Shown here one piece after another: positions 1-6,261 of a stretch of DNA of 10,978 nt. Each line of letters starts with the position of its first letter. Within the stretch, counting starts at the first letter, position 1. The stretch lies in IMG/VR virus record IMGVR_UViG_3300045988_106092. The stretch is one strand, 5' to 3'. The position numbers and the translations under genes are program-made. The notes under the pieces are model-generated. The model was not told the DNA's origin, ran no database searches, and saw nothing but the letters and a program-made list of their open reading frames with translations. The DNA is from a virus.

Positions 1-99
1 TTTTCCCATACGCGAAGCGCCTACCATCTACTCGCGCTTGGTAGTAAGTTCGGGCAATATCCACCGCTTGTTGCCCGTTTGCGGACACATTATAAAATG
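1..99. repeat. Inverted terminal repeat, left copy (99 bp)
   Basis: Positions 1-99 are the exact reverse complement of 10880-10978 (99/99). Identity breaks at 100 versus 10879. The outer end is 5'-TTTTCCC, a 4-nt terminal reiteration of the kind used for sliding-back initiation in protein-primed replicons. A protein-primed-type family-B polymerase is present in the same window. Confidence 0.9.
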
Positions 100-685
100 G
101 CATGTCGCGTACAGCTGGTCGATTTCCAGTAATGGAAAGCGAGAGAATTACGTTATTCCCGTTCAGTTCTTCTGGGCTTGTGATGCGATAATATATTAGA
201 CCGTTGTTGTACTCCATATTGATGATTGAGGCGCCGAAATTTCCCGATGTTCCCAGGACAGTAGCACCCTTGTCCACAGGCGCGTCCACTGGTCTTTTGT
301 ATCTGGGAGTTAGCCACCAACCATAGGTGGTCTTTGCAGCATCATTTACAGGTACTGTAAACCTACCAGAAAGTTGCACCATACCTTGATTTGTTGCAAA
401 CACTTTCCATGCTTTGTTAAATCCTGTATAGTATTGCATCCCGAACATTTTTGATAGCATTCCAGATGCCGCCATTTCGTCTAGCTTCTTCGAAACTTCC
501 GTTGAAACGTTCAAATTGTCAAAATAGTTTTTGACATAGTCAGCCAGATTCTGCAACCATTTTTGCAGGTCAGAAATATTGTCCTCGTTGTTGGTGTTGG
601 AATTACGCAGCTTCTGTATCCACGCAAGAATCCAATCCAGATTAAGGGCGTGGAAATCGGAATATGGAAAATTGTTAAAAGCCAT
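1..685 (-). CDS. Putative tail fibre / receptor-binding protein, 3' end open (228 codons, no stop before the sequence end)
   Basis: ATG at 685-683 with AAGGAGGT 6 nt upstream. I translated every triplet by hand (codons occupy plus positions 2-4 ... 683-685) and found no in-frame stop. Protein begins MAFNNFPYSDFHALNLDWILAWIQKLRNS..., an N-terminus I associate with Firmicutes phage fibre/appendage proteins, and ends ...QQAVDIARTYYQARVDGRRFAYGK. It is the last gene after portal and lower collar, the slot held by phi29 gene 12. It is absent from the supplied track, presumably because it lacks a stop. Function is inferred from position and N-terminal motif only. Confidence 0.6.
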   Translation of the reverse strand, partial: MAFNNFPYSDFHALNLDWILAWIQKLRNSNTNNEDNISDLQKWLQNLADYVKNYFDNLNVSTEVSKKLDEMAASGMLSKMFGMQYYTGFNKAWKVFATNQGMVQLSGRFTVPVNDAAKTTYGWWLTPRYKRPVDAPVDKGATVLGTSGNFGASIINMEYNNGLIYYRITSPEELNGNNVILSLSITGNRPAVRDMPFYNVSANGQQAVDIARTYYQARVDGRRFAYGK

Positions 686-697
686 ATAATTACCTCC

Positions 698-1240
698 TTA
701 ATATATCATTACACAGAATTTTCGCTTGAACGAATTACAGATAATATCATAGATATTAAATCGATCCCGAACGGAGATTTCACCCTCCAACATCTGGGCA
801 CTGGTAGTTACACCAATATTACCGTACATTCGCCCCTTGCGCTTGGTGTCCGCTGTGCTGCTGGTTGCCTGGGTGTCCTGTTGGTCATCAACCATACCAG
901 CGTCCTGGTTATATCCGGCTCGGCTTTGCGTATTGCTTCCGCTTGCTTTAGCGGTGGCATTATCTTCCCAATCCTCATATCGGTCATAGTTGTGCAGTGG
1001 ATCATAGTCCTCGGTCAGCGCCCTATGCATCCGTGTCCAATTATCCAGCTGGGCCGCGCTCCATAGGGGGATCAGCTGGCGCATGGTGTAGGGATCCGTA
1101 TAGACCAAGGACAATTCTGCCAGCTCAGTGATAATGGTCCCCACCGCCAGCTTGCGGTCCACATCCTCGGGAAGCTGTAATCCGTCAAATATTGTTGGAT
1201 CATAGTTATATAGGCCCATAACAGATAGCTTAACTCTCAC
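698..1240 (-). CDS. Putative lower collar / head-tail adaptor protein (180 aa)
   Basis: The ORF lies immediately downstream of the portal gene, the position of phi29 gene 11. GTG start at 1240 has GGAGGAGGTG 7 nt upstream and overlaps the portal 3' end by 11 nt. An ATG at 1219 is an alternative start with a poor SD. I see no motif that identifies the product, so the call is by synteny only. Confidence 0.4.
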   Translation of the reverse strand: MRVKLSVMGLYNYDPTIFDGLQLPEDVDRKLAVGTIITELAELSLVYTDPYTMRQLIPLWSAAQLDNWTRMHRALTEDYDPLHNYDRYEDWEDNATAKASGSNTQSRAGYNQDAGMVDDQQDTQATSSTADTKRKGRMYGNIGVTTSAQMLEGEISVRDRFNIYDIICNSFKRKFCVMIY

Positions 1241-2156
1241 CTTCTGCCACCTCCTCCGCCCTGGTTATTTCTCGCGCTACGGGGTTGACGCGCCAATCCA
1301 CGGACATGTCTACACCAAACATTTCCCGCACTTCTGCACATCCTTTTTGTAGGCTTTCCAACCACAAGGCGCACTTGGAATATGTTTCCACATTGTTGGC
1401 ATTAACTTCATCTGTAACCAGCCGCTCCCGTTTATCGGTGTTGGCGTTGGGTATTCCAATATCTGTATCAAACATTGCCTCAATTTTTCGCATATCGGAT
1501 AGCACCTTGTCGGCAATGTAGTTTTCGCCGACATTTTGAGAAAACATGTCCCAAGTGGGCTTGCCATCATCACCGATCAAATTTTTGTCATAAAATACAG
1601 CAGGCTGCCCGCTTGCATAGGAATCATAAAGGGCTTTCAAACTCTCAGCCACCGCCTTGTTTGCTGCTGCAAAGACATAGGACATTTTACTATTCAGCAG
1701 GTTCACACTCACGCTTTCAGAGCACAAAGCCAGTTCCTCTGCGTAATAGTTGACCAAATCCATAATTCCACCAAAGTCCGGCTGTAACTTAAACAGTACG
1801 CAATCCTGTCCGATAATGGGATCCCGCAGGCCCTTCAATAGCGGGTTGGCGATGATCGCTTTACGAGGCTGATAAAACACGTTATACCCTTCCAGGCCGC
1901 ACCCCTGGGGAATTACTCCGTATTTATCCGTTTCAATGATCGCAACCACGCCCCAGCAATAGAGGACATAGAGAAAATAATCACGGCTCCAAGTGCTCGG
2001 CAACTTCCACCGGAATACAGAAATTGTCTTTTGCAGCAGGTAGCGCCGGAAAAACTGATACAAGGCCGTGTTTTGTGTGTGTACGGTTCCGGGCCGGTTT
2101 TCACTGATTACGCGGTTTGAATAATCGTACAAATATGGTGCCCCATTACCAAACAT
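1230..2156 (-). CDS. Portal / upper collar connector protein, phi29 gp10-like (308 aa)
   Basis: True start is probably ATG 2156 (AGGAGG + 6 nt) rather than the track's GTG 2171, which sits inside that SD. The C-terminal block NANTDKRERLVTDEVNANNVETYSKCALWLESLQKGCAEVREMFGVDMSVDWR closely matches phi29 gp10 [53 protein letters not shown] as I recall it. Length is nearly identical to gp10 (about 309 aa). Confidence 0.9.
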   Translation of the reverse strand: MFGNGAPYLYDYSNRVISENRPGTVHTQNTALYQFFRRYLLQKTISVFRWKLPSTWSRDYFLYVLYCWGVVAIIETDKYGVIPQGCGLEGYNVFYQPRKAIIANPLLKGLRDPIIGQDCVLFKLQPDFGGIMDLVNYYAEELALCSESVSVNLLNSKMSYVFAAANKAVAESLKALYDSYASGQPAVFYDKNLIGDDGKPTWDMFSQNVGENYIADKVLSDMRKIEAMFDTDIGIPNANTDKRERLVTDEVNANNVETYSKCALWLESLQKGCAEVREMFGVDMSVDWRVNPVAREITRAEEVAEGES

Positions 2157-2167
2157 TATATACCTCC

Positions 2168-3544
2168 TCACTCATAATAGAAACCTCCTTGCATATAAGC
2201 AATAATGGCGTCTACTTCACTTTTTGTGGCATTTGGAATGTTTGGATGCACATCCGCACAGAGTATATATCCCGATAGCGAATTAATGGTTTTAACTTTA
2301 CACAGAGGTCTGCCTCTATGCGCAAGATCATCTTCCACCGGGTGCATCCACTCATAAAGCACTGCTGGTTTCCCCACAAGGCCATCGGTGGCGCAGGTGC
2401 CGCCAATCGTGCTGACATGCGGAATTTTTGCGGCTGCCGCACTCTCAATTGCAGACAGGCCACCGGTTAAAGCACCGGGGATATTGCCTGTATAGGCATT
2501 TACAGCGGCGCCGCCCAGCGTTGCTAACATGCTGCTAACACCCCATCCGGGGCTTACTACGTTTGAAACTGAATATGACAGACCCACCATTGCAGATACT
2601 CTGGACAAAATCCCGTTATCGCTTGTCACCGTCATGATAGCGTGTCCCGTGCGGTAATCCACTACCGTGTCGCAATTAATTGCCGTTGTGTTGGCGCACT
2701 GTATAGGATCGAGCGGAATTAAACCGAAAGGCGGATAAAACAAAGAATAACTCGCTGCTCCTGCATTAACCCATGATCCTCTGGCAGCACTGTCCGGATG
2801 CCTGCGCATATAAAATTTGGTGGTCCCGATTCCGCGCCCGCTGCCCAGATCAAACCCCGCAATATCTACCTCCACCAGACCCACTTTTACCGTATTTACA
2901 GCGGTCCCGACTGCCTTAAAAGGCAGCCACACAATACTGGTTATATACTGCAGCGGATTTAACTGCACCTTGAGGTCTGGACTTGCGGCTAATGCCAGCG
3001 CTCCCAAGGCATCCACCGCGTATGTATCGGAAAAAATCCACTGAAAGAACAGATCCAAAGATTTCGCATTGAACATTATAAACTGTGTAGCGCCAGATCC
3101 CGCGATTCCAACAACAAATGTTCCGTCCTTCGGGTCCAACGACCACGGATTTGTACCCGTTTGCAGCTCGGTAGTGGAGGCGCTATGCATGGGATACATT
3201 CCATCAATAATAGATGCATCCCATTCCGATGCTGCGCGCAACACGTAGGCAGTTCCCTTTCCGATTGCCGTTTTGAAACTCGCCAGGGGATCCACAGAGC
3301 AATACGCACCCCACAGGCCACCCTCAAAATTCCAACTATCGATCCAGTAATACCGGCCCCAGGATTGCACATATAAATAGTTATAGGTCTGTGGATTAGC
3401 AGCAGGCCCAATATTTAGGCGTATGACAGGATTTTGGATGCTGAAATCTCGGTTAGTAGTACACTGATACACCACGCCATCGGTGGGCTGTTTTGTGCTG
3501 TTTGTATCCTTTGTAAATGAGAATAGCTTTACAGGAAAAGACAA
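2168..3544 (-). CDS. Tail knob / distal tail tube protein, phi29 gp9-like (458 aa from TTG 3544)
   Basis: It sits between the capsid and portal genes, as phi29 gene 9 does. An N-terminal YNYLYVQSWGRYYWIDSWNFE block, a Gly/Ala/Ser-rich loop (GGAAVNAYTGNIPGALTGGLSAIESAAAA) and the C-terminal tail all resemble gp9 features from memory. There is no ATG near the 5' end. TTG at 3544 is preceded by GGGGGGTG + 5-6 nt. TTG at 3559 (the track start) has no SD. Confidence 0.75.
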   Translation of the reverse strand: MSFPVKLFSFTKDTNSTKQPTDGVVYQCTTNRDFSIQNPVIRLNIGPAANPQTYNYLYVQSWGRYYWIDSWNFEGGLWGAYCSVDPLASFKTAIGKGTAYVLRAASEWDASIIDGMYPMHSASTTELQTGTNPWSLDPKDGTFVVGIAGSGATQFIMFNAKSLDLFFQWIFSDTYAVDALGALALAASPDLKVQLNPLQYITSIVWLPFKAVGTAVNTVKVGLVEVDIAGFDLGSGRGIGTTKFYMRRHPDSAARGSWVNAGAASYSLFYPPFGLIPLDPIQCANTTAINCDTVVDYRTGHAIMTVTSDNGILSRVSAMVGLSYSVSNVVSPGWGVSSMLATLGGAAVNAYTGNIPGALTGGLSAIESAAAAKIPHVSTIGGTCATDGLVGKPAVLYEWMHPVEDDLAHRGRPLCKVKTINSLSGYILCADVHPNIPNATKSEVDAIIAYMQGGFYYE

Positions 3545-3565
3545 TATAACACCCCCCAAGTAATA

Positions 3566-3591
3566 CCGGGCGGCGGTCTCCCGCCGCCCGG
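3566..3591 (-). terminator. Intrinsic terminator-like hairpin after the capsid gene
   Basis: Perfect 11-bp all-GC stem (CCGGGCGGCGG / CCGCCGCCCGG) with a 4-nt loop, starting 7 nt after the capsid stop codon. It is followed on the transcribed strand by UAUUACUU. The U-tract is imperfect, so termination is probably partial. Confidence 0.7.
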
Positions 3592-3598
3592 TGCAGAA

Positions 3599-4807
3599 TT
3601 AATCCAGAAGGAACACAACGCCCTTTTCACTGTGGTCATTCCAAAGGCGTTGGGTCTCGTGCAGCCATGTGGTGGTGTAACCGCCTCTTGCGTTAAAGGG
3701 AGCGGGGCTTGCCCACTGCTGGGTGGTAGCATAGCCCAGGGCCTCACGGTCAAAGATCACTGCAAACACATTGTCCTGGTTCACCGCCTCACCGGTAACA
3801 ACGGTGCCATCGCTGCCGATTCTGCCGGGGGTCACGTTGATAGCGCCGGGTGTTTTCACACTCTGCCAGAAATTGACAGTTTCATAAGCGCCCAGGCGCA
3901 ACAGCTCGGAGTGGAAGGTGTCAGCCACCGCCATGGTGGTCATCTGATTGCTTGCCTTTGCATAGACCATCATTTTCTGGTCTGCCTTGGGAGTATGGCG
4001 CATGACAGGCATGCCTTTTACCACCGTTTGATATAGCTGGGTGCGCTCGGTCATCATGTCGGAAATGGTCAGAATGCGGGCATAGGCCCACTGAACAAAT
4101 GCCCGATAGTTGGAGGGCTGCATCACCGTTTCTGCGGTCAGCTTGAGGCCGGTTTCCGTGTTGTACTCCGTCAGAAGGTGCACCACTCGCAAGGGGTCCT
4201 TCTCATCGATGATGCCGCCGATAAAATTGGCGACTGCGGCCCTGCCCATATTCTCACGGATCTGCTCCAGCTTATCGTTCATGTTCTGCACGACCATGGA
4301 CACGAAGCCACCGAACTGCTCCGGACCGGTAAAGGCATTGTCCAGTTGATCCCTAAACAGTGTATAGCAGTCCTGCCACACGTTTTGCCCGTAAAAATTA
4401 GTCTGCAAAATCTTGGGCTTACAAATCTGCTGCTGGTCTACGCTCTTGCCGTCACCGTCTGCGGGGTCCTGGCTGTCATCATAGGCCACGGGCCACTTAC
4501 AGCGATCATCCTCGCTAATAGGCTTGTCAGCGATCTGCAGCTTGCGGACGTGGTTCCCATACGCGCTTTCAGGCACTTCCACAAGGCCAAACTTGCGCTC
4601 ATAGGGACGCACGCTAAAAATGGTCCTGGATAGCACCTGTGATATCGCCTGCATAACGGGATCATAGCCGGTCTTGAGGGTTGTCTGTGCCGCCGTCACA
4701 AAGTCTGCGGTGTTGGTGGCTGCAATCGCCGCCTGCCCGGTGGCCTGCTGCTGTACTGCGTTAAGCACCTTAGCCACCTGGTTAAAAGACATGTCATTGG
4801 TAGGCAT
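3599..4807 (-). CDS. Major capsid protein (402 aa), phi29 gp8-type by position
   Basis: ATG 4807 has AAGGAGGA upstream and a TAATG overlap with the scaffold-like ORF. The gene is followed by the strongest terminator in the window. The order scaffold-capsid-knob-portal matches phi29 genes 7-8-9-10. The N-terminal third loosely resembles gp8-type capsid proteins as I recall them. Not verified by search. Confidence 0.75.
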   Translation of the reverse strand: MPTNDMSFNQVAKVLNAVQQQATGQAAIAATNTADFVTAAQTTLKTGYDPVMQAISQVLSRTIFSVRPYERKFGLVEVPESAYGNHVRKLQIADKPISEDDRCKWPVAYDDSQDPADGDGKSVDQQQICKPKILQTNFYGQNVWQDCYTLFRDQLDNAFTGPEQFGGFVSMVVQNMNDKLEQIRENMGRAAVANFIGGIIDEKDPLRVVHLLTEYNTETGLKLTAETVMQPSNYRAFVQWAYARILTISDMMTERTQLYQTVVKGMPVMRHTPKADQKMMVYAKASNQMTTMAVADTFHSELLRLGAYETVNFWQSVKTPGAINVTPGRIGSDGTVVTGEAVNQDNVFAVIFDREALGYATTQQWASPAPFNARGGYTTTWLHETQRLWNDHSEKGVVFLLD

Positions 4808-5133
4808 TACTTATCCTCCTTATTTTTAAATGTGGGCCGGATGATGGTGGCAAGGATATCATCCACACTTTCCGTCTCCGGCTGCTTGCTGTTGTTGATA
4901 TTGGAGCGGATAATTGTCTGGTTAAGCTCCTCCAGTTTAGTCAAAATCGCCGCCTGGTCATTCGGGGGAGAGGGTGCCGGGTCGGGCTCCGGTTGTGGAG
5001 TAGGTGCGGGATCAGGCTGGTGAGGGGTTTCGGGCTCCTGCTGGGGAACGTGTGTCGGGGCACCATTAAGCGCCATGATCTCCTCCTTGGTAAAACCCGC
5101 ATCCAGCAGCTTTATAAGCTGGTCAAAGGTCAT
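4807..5133 (-). CDS. Putative scaffolding protein (108 aa) with a proline-rich linker
   Basis: Small acidic ORF directly upstream of, and translationally coupled to, the capsid gene. This is the phi29 gene 7 position and about the same size. It has a helical N-terminus (MTFDQLIKLLDAGFTKEEIMAL), a roughly 35-aa P/E/Q/D-rich linker, and a helical C-terminus. AAGGAGGA SD before ATG 5133. Confidence 0.5.
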   Translation of the reverse strand: MTFDQLIKLLDAGFTKEEIMALNGAPTHVPQQEPETPHQPDPAPTPQPEPDPAPSPPNDQAAILTKLEELNQTIIRSNINNSKQPETESVDDILATIIRPTFKNKEDK

Positions 5134-5137
5134 CGTA

Positions 5138-5797
5138 TCAATCCTCCTTAATAAATGCGTCCGGGTAGTTCACTTTAAGATTGCTCAACATGCGCTCAGC
5201 GTTTTCCCGATGCCGGAACGCCCCCACCTGCACCCGGTAGAGCTTATCGGTGGCAGGCTTGGGCTGCTCCTTCTCCTTATAGGTCACGCCGAAGTAGTCG
5301 CAGATACCCTGGGCAATAGCCTCGCCGATGTCAACCGTATGCTCCACGATCCACTTGGCGGTGGTGGCGTTGTCGTGGAACTCGCACTCGATATAGGCCG
5401 TTGGTGCGCTTGGCACCCGTACCTCGTACAGGGAGGCATCCACCCGGATATTTTCACTTGTGCCAGGGGTCACCGGGGCCAGCCGATTAAAAATGGCCTT
5501 GCAGGCCTTCATGCCCTCGCCGCCGCTGTTAAAGCAGAACATGCGAGTGCCGCCGACCGTGCCGTTAAAGGCGTTGGTGTGGATGGGCACATGGAGGTCT
5601 GCGCCGAATGCGTTGGAGTCTCTACACTTCTGCTGCATGGAGATCATGTGTCCAACCTTGACGGATACGCCGCTGCGCTCCAGGGCGGCGCGGCAGGCAT
5701 CGGCAATGTTACCGCACTGGACGGCCTCATTGGTGCTGCCATAGGCATATCGGTTATCTGTCTGATTGCTGGGGGAAAGGTAAATCTTAATTGACAT
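5138..5797 (-). CDS. Endolysin: N-acetylmuramoyl-L-alanine amidase (Amidase_3-type) with a short C-terminal SPOR-like motif (219 aa)
   Basis: Amidase_3-like pattern: LSPSNQ...N.Y near the N-terminus, HVPIHTNA, and IECEFHDN (His/Glu zinc ligands). The C-terminus YRVQVGAFRHRENAERMLSNLKVNYPDAFI matches the first half of a SPOR repeat. It lies directly downstream of the holin and overlaps it by 11 nt. Confidence 0.88.
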   Translation of the reverse strand: MSIKIYLSPSNQTDNRYAYGSTNEAVQCGNIADACRAALERSGVSVKVGHMISMQQKCRDSNAFGADLHVPIHTNAFNGTVGGTRMFCFNSGGEGMKACKAIFNRLAPVTPGTSENIRVDASLYEVRVPSAPTAYIECEFHDNATTAKWIVEHTVDIGEAIAQGICDYFGVTYKEKEQPKPATDKLYRVQVGAFRHRENAERMLSNLKVNYPDAFIKED

Positions 5798-6113
5798 GGT
5801 TATCTCCTCGCTTTAAAATGTTATCGATATTAGGGGTAAATGCTCGCAGGTTTTCCACAATGCTGCCGATCTCCATAAGGATCACATAACCACATCCCAC
5901 CTTAAAAAGCGGGAGGCCGGTTTCCAGACCCACCAAGGGGCTGCCATACTCCACGCCCCAGAGGAGCGCCAGCACCAATAACTCGCCACACTTATGATAC
6001 AAGCCGTCACGCATATAGCAAGACTTAAAGGTTTTTTTGTAACTTGCTTTCAGCAGGCCGGAAATAATATCCAGCAGTATAACAGCGCCAACAATTAAAC
6101 AGTATACTTTCAT
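5787..6113 (-). CDS. Holin, TcdE / Phage_holin_4_1-like (108 aa, 3 predicted TM helices)
   Basis: Three hydrophobic segments. ILLDIISGLLKASYKKTFKS and EIGSIVENL resemble TcdE-family motifs (SFDTLLGCLSAIKSRKFNSS, ESVSILKNM) as I recall them. AGGAGG + 7 nt before ATG 6113. The gene is immediately upstream of the amidase. Confidence 0.8.
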   Translation of the reverse strand: MKVYCLIVGAVILLDIISGLLKASYKKTFKSCYMRDGLYHKCGELLVLALLWGVEYGSPLVGLETGLPLFKVGCGYVILMEIGSIVENLRAFTPNIDNILKRGDNHVN

Positions 6114-6148
6114 TTTAACACCTCCTTTCTATCTGGTGTACTTTGGTA

Positions 6149-6224
6149 AGAGCAGGAAACACTCATGCGCTGGACACGCGCGCGCCCACCCTTCCGGGGC
6201 TGTCCTGGGGCTGTTTCCTGCTCT
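6149..6224 (-). promoter_or_regulatory. 76-nt structured RNA element at the predicted 5' end of the late transcript
   Basis: A perfect 13-bp stem (6149-6161 pairs with 6212-6224) encloses a 50-nt interior in which 38 of 50 nt are G/C. The interior has further short helices: GGACA 6172-6176 with TGTCC 6201-6205, and CCC-GGAA-GGG on the transcribed strand at 6188-6197. No U-tract follows, so it is not a classical terminator. Confidence 0.5.
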
Positions 6225-6231
6225 CACCCTC

Positions 6232-6261
6232 ATTATAATAGTTTTTGGTATGAACTGTCAA
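6232..6261 (-). promoter_or_regulatory. Near-consensus sigma-A/sigma-70 type promoter (candidate late promoter)
   Basis: On the minus strand: TTGACA (6261-6256), an 18-nt spacer, then TATAAT (6237-6232). The -35 hexamer contains the ATPase stop codon TGA (6260-6258). The predicted start near 6225 falls 1 nt before the 13-bp stem. Confidence 0.55.

Noticed and set aside
15-44. Short palindromes inside the ITR (AAGCGC 15-20 with GCGCTT 34-39; CTACCA 21-26 with TGGTAG 39-44)
   Set aside because: They are only 6 bp each and mutually exclusive. The region is also under coding constraint from the fibre ORF. This is not enough to call an origin structure.
563-1066. 167-aa plus-strand ORF, together with the other plus-strand ORFs in the track (for example 3632-4036, 4178-4633, 7311-7703, 7829-8254 and 9104-9682)
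   Set aside because: All lie antisense to well-supported minus-strand genes. They have no SD sites and their sequences are of low plausibility. They are shadow ORFs.
4930-5040. GC-rich, repetitive-looking DNA inside the scaffold gene
   Set aside because: It encodes a proline/glutamate-rich linker (PEPDPAP-type low complexity). There is no exact nucleotide repeat unit or other independent DNA-level signal.
5075-5794. 239-aa plus-strand ORF, the longest on that strand
   Set aside because: It is exactly antisense to the amidase gene, whose motifs are clear. The Gly/Ala/Leu/Val-rich composition is typical of a reverse-frame artefact, and there is no RBS.
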